A DNA stretch of 21,246 nucleotides from Planctomycetota bacterium (lineage in GTDB: Bacteria; Planctomycetota; PLA2; JAEUHO01). Below the pieces are notes generated by a model that was given only the letters and a program-made list of their open reading frames with translations, searched no databases and was not told the DNA's origin. The position numbers and the translations under genes were made by a program. The DNA is taken from positions 1 to 21,246 of the forward strand of contig CBDCWP010000018.1 of assembly GCA_965223505.1 (NCBI GenBank). The letters are read 5' to 3'. Positions 8,312 through 18,792 of this stretch are shown in pieces; the first letter of the stretch is position 1; each line of letters begins with the position of its first letter.

Positions 8312-9424
8312 ATGTCTTCCATCGCGCGCGACCGAATTCGCAGATGTCTCGCGATGATTCCCCTCATCCAGGCGCGCCCCGGCATCCGCATTCCGGAGCT
8401 GGCTTCGATCTTCGGCGTGAAAGACGACGAGATCTGGGAGGACATCACCGAAGTTCTCACGATGTGCGGCGTTCCGCCGTACCTGCCGCACAACTACTTC
8501 GTCTTCTCCATCCACGGGGACGAGGTCAGCATTCGTTTCGCCGAGCACCTCAGCCGCCCGGTGCATCTGACCCTGCAGGAGGCGCTTGCGATCGACCTGG
8601 CGCTTCGCAGCGTCTCCGGCGGCCGGCCGCCGGCGTTCCAGGATGCGGCCCCGCGGCTGCGGGAGAAGCTGCGCCGTCTGCTGGCAGGCAAGGAACGCGA
8701 GGCGCTCGAGACGTTCGACCGCTCGGTGGGAGGGCGCGCACCCTCCGAGGAGGTCACCGAGACCATCGGCATCCTCAAGGACTCGATGTCGCGGAACGTG
8801 CGCGTGCGTGTCGAGTACTACACCGCGAGTCGTGATGCGGTGTCGGAGCGGGTCATCGAGCCCTACGGGCTGATCGATCACAAGGGAGACTGGTACGTCA
8901 TCGCGCGCGACGAGCGTCGGGGTGTCGCGATCCCGTTCCGCGTGGACCGCATCCGCGGTGCGAGCCCCATCTCCGGCGAAGAGTACGACGTCCCCGACGA
9001 CTTCACGACCGAGGCGTTCCGCAAGGACGAGATGTGGAGCCGAACGCCCGAGGACATCGAGGTCAAGGTCCGTTTCAGCGCGGCCGTGGCGGCACGGGTG
9101 CGCGAGGAGTCCGACCGCAAGTCGCTCCGAGAGGCCGCGGACGGCGGCGTCATCCGCACGTTCCGCATCAGCCGCGATCGACCGCGGTGGTTGTTCACGC
9201 ACGTTGCGCGCTACGGTCCGGACGCGGAGGTCGTGTCGCCGCCCGGGGTGCGCGCGGGCATGGCCGCGTTCCTGGAAAGCGTGCTGGGCCGCTACGGCGC
9301 GGCCTACGCGCCGCCGGAGCGCCGCGGCGAAGACGACGAGCAACCGCGCCGCCCGACGGCCACCGCCGCCGCCGTCGCGCGACCCAAGAAGGCGCGCACC
9401 AAGCGCAAGCCGCGCGGTCGCTGA
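8312..9424 (+). CDS. PafC-like HTH-WYL-WCX transcriptional regulator
   Basis: The N-terminus RIRRCLAMIPLIQARPGIRIPELASIFGV...LTMCGVPPYLPHNYFVFSIHGDEVSIRFAEHLSRPVHLTLQEALA follows the PafC HTH pattern (MCGxPxY, RPxxLTxxEA). WYL core YYTASRDAVSERVIEPYGLIDHKGDWYVIA...FRVDRI; WCX-like YGPDAEVVSPPGVR. Confidence 0.85.
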   Translation: MSSIARDRIRRCLAMIPLIQARPGIRIPELASIFGVKDDEIWEDITEVLTMCGVPPYLPHNYFVFSIHGDEVSIRFAEHLSRPVHLTLQEALAIDLALRSVSGGRPPAFQDAAPRLREKLRRLLAGKEREALETFDRSVGGRAPSEEVTETIGILKDSMSRNVRVRVEYYTASRDAVSERVIEPYGLIDHKGDWYVIARDERRGVAIPFRVDRIRGASPISGEEYDVPDDFTTEAFRKDEMWSRTPEDIEVKVRFSAAVAARVREESDRKSLREAADGGVIRTFRISRDRPRWLFTHVARYGPDAEVVSPPGVRAGMAAFLESVLGRYGAAYAPPERRGEDDEQPRRPTATAAAVARPKKARTKRKPRGR

Positions 9425-9447
9425 GCCGGTATCCCGGTTTCCGGTGT

Positions 9448-9484
9448 CGCTTCGCGCGACAACGTCGTGCGTCGCGCTGAAGCG
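9448..9484 (+). terminator. GC-rich hairpin downstream of the WYL gene (possible terminator or RNA stability element)
   Basis: CGCTTC-GCGCGAC, 10-nt loop, GTCGCGC-T-GAAGCG: a 13-bp stem with a 1-nt bulge and no strong U tract. Confidence 0.35.
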
Positions 9485-9542
9485 GTTCCGGGGATTCGGC
9501 CTGCGACGCCGCTCGGGCGTGCTGGCAGCGCCCCTAATGCTT

Positions 9543-9551
9543 TGATAGGCT
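9543..9551 (+). promoter_or_regulatory. Candidate extended -10 promoter (TGnTAGGCT) for the large secreted protein
   Basis: TG-A-TAGGCT lies in the only AT-richer patch of this intergenic region, ~200 nt upstream of ATG 9753. Confidence 0.35.
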
Positions 9552-9752
9552 GGGGTTTCGGGCGTTTGGGTGTCACCTGGCCCAGCGGGTTTCACCGGCC
9601 TCCGGGTTCACTGAGGGCAGTTCGGTGTGCGGGACCGGACGGTCAGCGGTGGCTCTGCCGGTTCGGTTGCCTGCCTGCCACGCACGCGATGGCCCGAGAA
9701 ACGACACACCTGGATCGTCGGCATCTTCACCGTGTCGGATGGAGGCTACGTG

Positions 9753-12700
9753 ATGGCAAGGCAGCGTGACGGAGGGCGGCCCCTACGCCTGTGGTTCCCG
9801 ATCCTTCTTGTACTTCCGCTCGTCCTGGGCGCGGGACTCTTCGACCCCGTGACACGGTCGGCCGTCGCGGCCGACGAGTACAAGTGGCGCAACTCGGCAC
9901 AGGGCCTGACGGCACAAGCGATCAGCGGACTCCGCATCCACCCAAAGGACCCGGACGCGCTCTACGCGCACGTCCACGGCAAGGGCCCCTGCATCTGCGG
10001 CGACGGCGGCAAGACCTGGGAGCCGCTGATGGCGATGGGGGAGTCGTACAGCCCGCGCAGCAACGTGCGCATCAGCCTCGACCCGCGCGATCCCGAGGTC
10101 TTGATGCTCGTCGTCGACGGCCAGATCTACCGCTCGGAAGACGGTGGCCAGAACTGGATGAAGCAGACGACGGCGTCGCATGCGTCGTACAGCTGGGACC
10201 GCAAGCGGACGGCCTACCTGGCGTACGAAGTCGTCGTCGATCCGGCGAAGAGCGTCCACCTGCTGGTCGGCACGAAGGGCGACGGCCGACACCACGGCGG
10301 TCTCATCCAGAGCCGTGACCGCGGCAAGACGTGGGACAAGACCGCCGGTAGCGACATGAGCAAGTCCGGCCTCGGGTGGGACACGCAGATGGTGCGCATC
10401 GATCCGCGCACGGAGAAGAACGTGCTGGTCGTGGGCCGCACCGGCGTGTTCATGAGTGACGATCGCGGCTTCACGTTCAAGCGCAACGATCCGGGCGGCG
10501 AAGGCCACCACGACTATCGTTCGATCGCCGACGCCGGCAAGGAGGTCTGGCTCGCCGACGCACGTGGACTGTGGACGTTGAAGGGCAAGAAGTGGAGCAA
10601 GCTCGTGGCGGAAGGCGACGCGGTCGCCGTCGCCGTGGATCCCTTCAAGTCGAAGCAAGTCTACGTGGCGTTCGCCGACCGGGGCGTGTTCACGGCGAGC
10701 GACTCGAAGCACAAGAAGTGGGAGCCGCTGGGCGGCAAGGCCGCCGCGCTGGATGCCGAGATCCGCGAGATCGTGATGCATCCGAAGAACAAGACGCTGG
10801 GGTACTTCGCGTCGCCGGCCACGGGACTGCACGTCACCGACGACGACGGGAAGACGATCGTTGCGATCGCCGACAGCAACATCCCGACGATCGTGCCCGG
10901 CCTCGTGGCGGCGGGCGTCCATCCCGGTGAGGGCTATCCGCACCTGGCGGTGACGGAGTACGGCATCGTGTTCCGTTCCGCTGATCGCGGCGGCGCGTGG
11001 GAGCGGGTCGGCCGGCTCGGCATGGAGCCGCTCGGCGTGAAGCCCGACACGAAGGACGGCGCGTGGATCGCGTACGGCCGGCGTGTCATGCACTCGACGA
11101 GCGACGGCGCCGCCTGGAAGGTCGTCTACACGCCGGAGAACAGCGAAGAGCGCGTCGTGGACGTGGGCCGCGACAAGGAGGGTTCGCTTTGGATCCTGCT
11201 CGAGCGCTCGGGCCTGGTTCTGTACTCCGACGACGACGGCGAGAGCTGGAACCCCGGCAAGGAGCCCGGCTTCTCGAGCGAGACGTGGGCCACGTCGCTG
11301 GCGATCGATCCGGCCAACTCGGACCATCTGGTGATCGCCGCGCGCACGCTCGAGACGATTTGGAAGGACTCCGACGAGAACGGCGGCGTCTTCGAGTCGT
11401 GGGACGGCGGGCTCTCGTGGGACAACATCTCCGACAACATCAAGCCTTCCAAGAAGGAGAAGGCGCCGGAGCGCCGCGCCAAGCAGGACTGGAACCGCGG
11501 CCGTCTGGCGGTCATCGACCGCGTGTCCGGCCTGATGATCTACGCCGCCGACGGCGGCGGCATCTTCACGCGCGCCATCGTCGATCCGAACGGTGAGAAG
11601 CCCGACACGCCGCCGAGCTGGGTCGCGGTGACGCCGACGCAGGTCGCGAACGCGTCGTACGCGGCGGCGGCGTTCGCGGTGACCGGCCGCACGGCGCCGA
11701 AGTCCAAGCTCGTCGTGCAGCAGGTGGACGTGAAGAACGCGCGTGCGCTGGTCTCGATCAGCGGCCGCACGCTCAAGGATCTCGACGCGTGGGCCCGCAA
11801 GCCGGCGGACGAGAAGAAGGACCTCGAAGCCCCCGCGGGCTGGACGGTCCTCGACGATCCCGGCGTGACGCTGAGCTCGTTGCACGCGGACGCGAGCCTT
11901 CCGGGCCGGATGATCGGAACGGACTTGGAGACCGGCAAGGGCGTGATGATCTTCGAGGTGCCCGGCTCGAAGCCCATGGCCGCCGACGAGGAGGCCGAGG
12001 ACAGCGTGGAGGAGCCGGCGAGCAAGCCCGCGTCCGAGCTGATGCCCCCGGACGGGTTGCTGGGGTTCACCGGCAGCGCGGATCGCGACATCGTCGTTTG
12101 GGAGCTGAAGACGGGACAGCCGCGCGCGAAGATGAGCGGACACACGGCCGACGTGCGTACGGTCGTCCTGGCGTCCGACGAGACGGTCATCGTCTCAGGC
12201 GACGGCGCGAAGAAGATCCGTTTCTGGGACGCTTCCGACAAGTCTTCGAAAGGCGAAATCGATGCGCCGGGTGAGGTCAACGCCATCGCCTTCGACGACG
12301 ACGCGGAGAAGATGTTCGCCGGGCTGGAGACATGGCAGATCCTCGTCATCGAGAAGGAGGACAAGAAGATCGTCGGGACGCTCGAGGATCACACCGACGC
12401 GGTGACGGCGCTGGCGACGTACGCCGACACGAACAAGCTGATCTCGGCAAGCAAGGACAAGACGATTCGCTCGTGGGATCTGTCGACGGGGAAGACGACC
12501 GGTATCGCCGACTTCGGCAGCGAGGTCAGGGCGCTTGCGGTGAGCGCGGACGGAAAGCGCATCTACGCCGGCGGTGCGGACAAGGTCATTCGGGTGTACG
12601 GACCCGACCTGAAGGAGATCGAGCACGCCGAGCTGCCGGACGCGGGTGTCCATGCCCTGAAGCTCAGCCCCGACGGCAGGCGCCTGTACGCCGGCGTCGA

Positions 12701-13319
12701 AGGCGGCGTCATGGTCTATCAAGCCAGTGACATGGCGCCGATGTTGAAGCTGCGGGGACCCAACAAGGGCGTGCTGTGCGTCAGCATCAGCGCGGACGGC
12801 GCGTGGATTCTCGGCGGCGACGCGGAGAACGGCCTTTGGTTCTGGGGCAACGACAAGGAAGAGGCGCGCTGGTCGAGGTCGGCCGCTCACGGCAGCCCGA
12901 TCCTGGCCGCGGCCATGACGCCGGACATCAGCGTGCCGAAGCCGGCGGACGAGGCGCCGAAGCCTGGCGACGCACCGAAGCCTGGCGACGCACCGAAGCC
13001 GGGCGACGCACCGAAGCCGGGTGATCCGCCCAAGCCCGGGAACGGCGACGACAAACCCGCGAACCCGAATCCGGCTGCCGGCGACGGCGACACCAAGCCG
13101 GGGGATGAACCGAAGCCGGGGGACGCGCCGAAGCCGGGTGATCCGCCCAAACCGGAGCAAGGGGGGGACGACAAGCCGGCGCCGCCGGCCGCGGGCGACG
13201 GCGAGAAGAAGCCCGGAGACGACCCGAAGCCGGACGACCCGAAGCCGGACGATCCGAAGCCGCCGGAAGATCCGAAGCCGGACGACGGCAAGAAGACGCA
13301 CCAGGGCGTCGGCAACTAG
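9753..13319 (+). CDS. Large secreted beta-propeller protein: BNR/Asp-box repeats, WD40 repeats and a Pro/Lys/Asp-rich repeat tail
   Basis: GGAGG at 9741-9745; signal/anchor LRLWFPILLVLPLVLGAGLF...AVAA. Asp-boxes YRSEDGGQNW, IQSRDRGKTW, FMSDDRGFTF, FRSADRGGAW, LYSDDDGESW and FESWDGGLSW. WD40 units GHTADVRTV...IRFWD and DHTDAVTAL...SASKDKTIRSWD. About 1188 aa. Confidence 0.85.
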   Translation: MARQRDGGRPLRLWFPILLVLPLVLGAGLFDPVTRSAVAADEYKWRNSAQGLTAQAISGLRIHPKDPDALYAHVHGKGPCICGDGGKTWEPLMAMGESYSPRSNVRISLDPRDPEVLMLVVDGQIYRSEDGGQNWMKQTTASHASYSWDRKRTAYLAYEVVVDPAKSVHLLVGTKGDGRHHGGLIQSRDRGKTWDKTAGSDMSKSGLGWDTQMVRIDPRTEKNVLVVGRTGVFMSDDRGFTFKRNDPGGEGHHDYRSIADAGKEVWLADARGLWTLKGKKWSKLVAEGDAVAVAVDPFKSKQVYVAFADRGVFTASDSKHKKWEPLGGKAAALDAEIREIVMHPKNKTLGYFASPATGLHVTDDDGKTIVAIADSNIPTIVPGLVAAGVHPGEGYPHLAVTEYGIVFRSADRGGAWERVGRLGMEPLGVKPDTKDGAWIAYGRRVMHSTSDGAAWKVVYTPENSEERVVDVGRDKEGSLWILLERSGLVLYSDDDGESWNPGKEPGFSSETWATSLAIDPANSDHLVIAARTLETIWKDSDENGGVFESWDGGLSWDNISDNIKPSKKEKAPERRAKQDWNRGRLAVIDRVSGLMIYAADGGGIFTRAIVDPNGEKPDTPPSWVAVTPTQVANASYAAAAFAVTGRTAPKSKLVVQQVDVKNARALVSISGRTLKDLDAWARKPADEKKDLEAPAGWTVLDDPGVTLSSLHADASLPGRMIGTDLETGKGVMIFEVPGSKPMAADEEAEDSVEEPASKPASELMPPDGLLGFTGSADRDIVVWELKTGQPRAKMSGHTADVRTVVLASDETVIVSGDGAKKIRFWDASDKSSKGEIDAPGEVNAIAFDDDAEKMFAGLETWQILVIEKEDKKIVGTLEDHTDAVTALATYADTNKLISASKDKTIRSWDLSTGKTTGIADFGSEVRALAVSADGKRIYAGGADKVIRVYGPDLKEIEHAELPDAGVHALKLSPDGRRLYAGVEGGVMVYQASDMAPMLKLRGPNKGVLCVSISADGAWILGGDAENGLWFWGNDKEEARWSRSAAHGSPILAAAMTPDISVPKPADEAPKPGDAPKPGDAPKPGDAPKPGDPPKPGNGDDKPANPNPAAGDGDTKPGDEPKPGDAPKPGDPPKPEQGGDDKPAPPAAGDGEKKPGDDPKPDDPKPDDPKPPEDPKPDDGKKTHQGVGN
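12957..13287 (+). repeat. Coding tandem repeats: 18-bp unit CCGAAGCC(T/G)GGCGACGCA (PKPGDA/PKPGDP) in two blocks, then 15-bp DDPKP units
   Basis: Directly visible; protein PKPGDAPKPGDAPKPGDAPKPGDPPKPG...PKPGDAPKPGDPPKP...DDPKPDDPKPDDPKPPEDPKPDD. Confidence 0.95.
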
Positions 13320-13497
13320 GCTCCGTTTCGAAATGCCGCGTCGCGAGCCCGGGGAGACCGATGCGAGCCCGAGTCTGAACGAGCGGTTCTCGCCGCAGGC
13401 GGGCTCTGTGCCCGTCGAGGACGAGGTTCCGAGTTCGGGCGGGGCGCAGCAAGAGGATCGCCGGGCGCAGCAGCGGCAGTTTCGAAACAGAGCCTAG
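13316..13497. mobile_element. Putative MITE / non-autonomous inverted-repeat element (~180 bp)
   Basis: Left end CTAGGCTCCGTTTCGAAATGCCGC (13316-13339). Right end GCGGCAGTTTCGAAACAGAGCCTAG (13473-13497), reverse complement CTAGGCTCTGTTTCGAAACTGCCGC. The outer 18 bp match at 17 positions, CTAG/TA bounds both ends, and there is no credible ORF inside. Confidence 0.65.
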
Positions 13498-13500
13498 GCG

Positions 13501-16026
<2,526 letters not shown>

Positions 16027-16116
16027 GGTCGTCTCCAATCGGTTCCGGCAAAGGCCGCGATGGTAACCCGTTCGCCCTCGTTCGCGCCTTCCCGCGCGCC
16101 CGACTAGATTGCCCCG

Positions 16117-17961
16117 GTGGAGCCGCAATCCAGCTACCGACCGTCCGCCGCCCACGTGCTGGCGTTCTTCGTGGCGGCGGCGTGCGTGCTCGTGCCGTTC
16201 GCGGGCGTGCGCGAGCTGTTCGATGCCGACGAGGGCCGCTACGCGGCGGTCGCGTACGAGATGGCGGAGACCGGCGACTGGATGAGCCCGACCGTGAACG
16301 GGTTGCCGTTCATGGACAAGCCGCCGCTGGTGTACTGGATCCAGGCGCCGTTGATGACGCTGCTCGGGCCGTCGCCCTGGTCGGCGCGCGCGCCGACGCT
16401 GCTCGCCGGCTGTCTCTGGGCGCTCTTCGTGTTCCTCTTTGCGGCGCGGTGGACGGGCAGCCGGTCGAAGGCCGTCGCCGCGGGACTTCTCGCGTCGACG
16501 AGCGCGGCCGCGATCGTCGGATCGCGCGTCGGTCCGCAGATGGACATGCCGCTCGCCGCGTGCGTCGCGGGCGCGCTCCACGCCGCGCTCTGCGTGCTCG
16601 CCTCGCCCGAGCGCCGGTTGCCGCGGATCGGTCTCGGTGTCGCCGTAGGGCTGGGGCTCCTGGTGAAGGGGCCGCTCGTCGCGGCGGTGCCGTTTCTGGT
16701 CGCGATCGCGTGGGCGCTCGCGGGCGTCTCGATCCCGCGGCTGCTGCGCACGATGTTCTGCCCGTGGGCGTGGGGCGCGGCCGTGCTGATCGCCGCGCCC
16801 TGGTACGTCGCCTTCGAGTTGAAGCACCCGGGTTGGATCGAGCACTTCATCCGCTACGAGCACTTCGGACGGTTCGGCGAGAGCGATCACCGCGACTTCC
16901 ATCCGTTCTGGTTCTACGTCCCCGTCGCGCTGCTGTACCTGCTGCCGTGGACGCCGCTTGCGTGGGCGCATGCCAAGCACGCGGACGACGGCATCGCGCG
17001 CCGCCTGCTGCGGTTTCCCGCGCGGCTCGTCTTGGATAGTCCGTGGTGGCGGCGCCCGTGGCGTGCGCTCTCTGCGACGCTGCCGTTGGGCAAGGAAGGC
17101 CGGCCCGTTCTCGGCGGTCACATGGCGTGGGGTTGGTTTCTCGCCGCCTTCCTGCTGTACAGCGCGTCCACGCGAAAGCTGTTGAACTACCTGCTGCCCG
17201 CTGCGTTGCCGCTGTTCGTATTGGTCGGCGCGCGCTTCGATCTGCTGCTGCGCGACCGGCGGCGGGTCGTCTACGCGTTGCCGCTGTTGCTGGGCGCCGG
17301 CGTGCTCTTCGTCGGGGTGGCGATCCACATGGGCTGGTGGTTCCCGCTTGCGACCGGGCGGCTGCCGACGTCGCTCGAGCTGCCGCGCTTCGCGCCGATC
17401 ACGCCGTGGATCTTCCTGGCGGGCGGCGTGCTGCTGACGTGTGCCGTCGTCTCGACGGCGATCCATCGCACTCGCTTCGCAGGGACGTTGATCGTGTTGG
17501 GGACGGTCGCGTTCTGGTGGTCGCTCGACGTCGGCGCGGCGCGCGGCTCCCATCTCGGTTCGGCGCGTCGCGTCGCCGAGGCGCTCGCGGAGGAGAGCGG
17601 GCCGGGCGACGCGGTGGTCGCGTTGAAGCGCTACCCGCAGGGGCTGCGACTGCACCGTCTCGTCCCGCTCTGGATGGCGGGCGGCGAGCGGGGCGCGTGG
17701 CACCATCGCGAGATCGTCGACGCGTACGCCACGCCGGCATGGGAAGCGATGGAGCGCGACGACGAGGGCGCGCCCGTCTGGACGGGACGTCCGGGGGTGA
17801 TCACCAGCGCCGAGTTCGAGCAGCTGTGGGCCTCCTCGCAGCGCGTGGTGCTGATCTGTCGTTGGGCCGAGGTGGCGCACCTGAGGCCCGTCGTGATGAG
17901 AGGCCCGTTCGCGGGCGCCGGGCGTACGGATTTGTACGTGGTCGCCAACCGGGCGCGCTGA
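16117..17961 (+). CDS. ArnT/PMT-like (GT-C, GT83-type) lipid-carrier-dependent glycosyltransferase
   Basis: LFDADEGRYAAVAYEMAETGDWMSPTVNGLPFMDKPPLVYW, GLGLLVKGP, APWY...FIRYEHFGRF...HPFWFYVP, KLLNYLLPA; many transmembrane segments. Confidence 0.9.
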   Translation: MEPQSSYRPSAAHVLAFFVAAACVLVPFAGVRELFDADEGRYAAVAYEMAETGDWMSPTVNGLPFMDKPPLVYWIQAPLMTLLGPSPWSARAPTLLAGCLWALFVFLFAARWTGSRSKAVAAGLLASTSAAAIVGSRVGPQMDMPLAACVAGALHAALCVLASPERRLPRIGLGVAVGLGLLVKGPLVAAVPFLVAIAWALAGVSIPRLLRTMFCPWAWGAAVLIAAPWYVAFELKHPGWIEHFIRYEHFGRFGESDHRDFHPFWFYVPVALLYLLPWTPLAWAHAKHADDGIARRLLRFPARLVLDSPWWRRPWRALSATLPLGKEGRPVLGGHMAWGWFLAAFLLYSASTRKLLNYLLPAALPLFVLVGARFDLLLRDRRRVVYALPLLLGAGVLFVGVAIHMGWWFPLATGRLPTSLELPRFAPITPWIFLAGGVLLTCAVVSTAIHRTRFAGTLIVLGTVAFWWSLDVGAARGSHLGSARRVAEALAEESGPGDAVVALKRYPQGLRLHRLVPLWMAGGERGAWHHREIVDAYATPAWEAMERDDEGAPVWTGRPGVITSAEFEQLWASSQRVVLICRWAEVAHLRPVVMRGPFAGAGRTDLYVVANRAR

Positions 17962-18004
17962 TAACGCTGGAAACACCCCGCCGTTCGCCTTCTCCTACGG
18001 GGAC

Positions 18005-18787
18005 ATGTCGCTCACCCTGCTGGTTCCGTGCTTCAACGAGGGGGCCGGGGTCGACGTGTGCCTGGAGGCGCTGACGGCCTGGCGCAGCCAGTCGGGGTTC
18101 GCGGGCGCGTTCGAGATCGTCTGTGTCGACGATGGCAGCACCGACGACACCGCCACGCGCCTCGCCGCCTGGGCCCGGCGTGACGGCGCCGTTCGCGTGG
18201 TTCGCACCGGCGCGAACCTGGGCAAGGGCGGGGCGCTGCGGGCGGGCATCGACGCCGCACGCAACGCGTACGTGATCTTCCTCGACGCGGACCTCGCGGT
18301 CGGTCCGGATCACATCGAGCGGGTCGTGCGACGGCTCGACGACGGCGCGGACGTAGCCATCGGCTGTCGCCACGTGCCGGGCGCGGAGGTCGTACGGGCG
18401 CAGCGCGCGACCCGGCGCTTCATGGGTCGCGTCTACTTGGCGGCGGCCCGTACCCTCCTCGGCCTACGGGTCCCGGACGTCACGTGCGGGTTCAAGGGCT
18501 TCCGGCGCGACGTGGCCCGCCGGTTGTTCGGCGCGAGCCGCGCGCGGCGGTGGGGGATCGACGCCGAAGTGCTGTACCTGGCGCAACGCAGCGGCTGCCG
18601 CATCGATCCGTTCCCGGTTCGCTGGTTCGACGGTTCGACGTCCGCGGTGCGACTGGGCCGCGACGTCTGGGGCGCCTGGCGCGAGCTGTGGGGTTGTCGT
18701 TGGCGCGGTTGGTTCGCCCGCGCCGCGCAGGTGTCGCCCGTCGAGACCGCGGAAGAGCGTGTCCCGACCGGTTCGTTCGGGGACTAG
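18005..18787 (+). CDS. GT2 glycosyltransferase, polyprenyl/dolichyl-phosphate sugar synthase type
   Basis: LLVPCFNE, VDDGSTDDT, NLGKGGALRAG, FLDADL, DVTCGFKGFRR, WGIDAEVL, FPVRW. Confidence 0.9.
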   Translation: MSLTLLVPCFNEGAGVDVCLEALTAWRSQSGFAGAFEIVCVDDGSTDDTATRLAAWARRDGAVRVVRTGANLGKGGALRAGIDAARNAYVIFLDADLAVGPDHIERVVRRLDDGADVAIGCRHVPGAEVVRAQRATRRFMGRVYLAAARTLLGLRVPDVTCGFKGFRRDVARRLFGASRARRWGIDAEVLYLAQRSGCRIDPFPVRWFDGSTSAVRLGRDVWGAWRELWGCRWRGWFARAAQVSPVETAEERVPTGSFGD

Positions 18788-18792
18788 CGAAC

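Noticed and set aside
8312..9424. WYL gene as marker of an anti-phage defence island
   Set aside because: The sequence is PafC-like rather than BrxR/CapW-like, and no nuclease, restriction-modification, toxin or cas genes are nearby.
5222..9595. 1457-aa minus-strand ORF, and similar long ORFs at 4351..7569, 9783..12143 and 13570..16107
   Set aside because: These are antisense or alternate-frame shadows of recognisable genes in high-GC DNA, with Arg/Ala/Gly-rich, motif-free translations.
9733..9752. TGTCGG near the large gene start (and CGTCGG near 5518) as further PafBC-type promoters
   Set aside because: The spacing to TA is 8 rather than 10 nt, the hexamers (TACGTG, TAGCAA) lack the final T, and the first overlaps the SD.
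12957..13287. Tandem repeats as a possible CRISPR array
   Set aside because: They are in-frame 15-18-bp coding repeats without unique spacers, and there are no cas genes.
16027..17976. 650-aa N-terminal extension of leuS suggested by the ORF track
   Set aside because: It is the antisense of the ArnT-like gene. LeuRS homology and an SD-led GTG begin at 16026.
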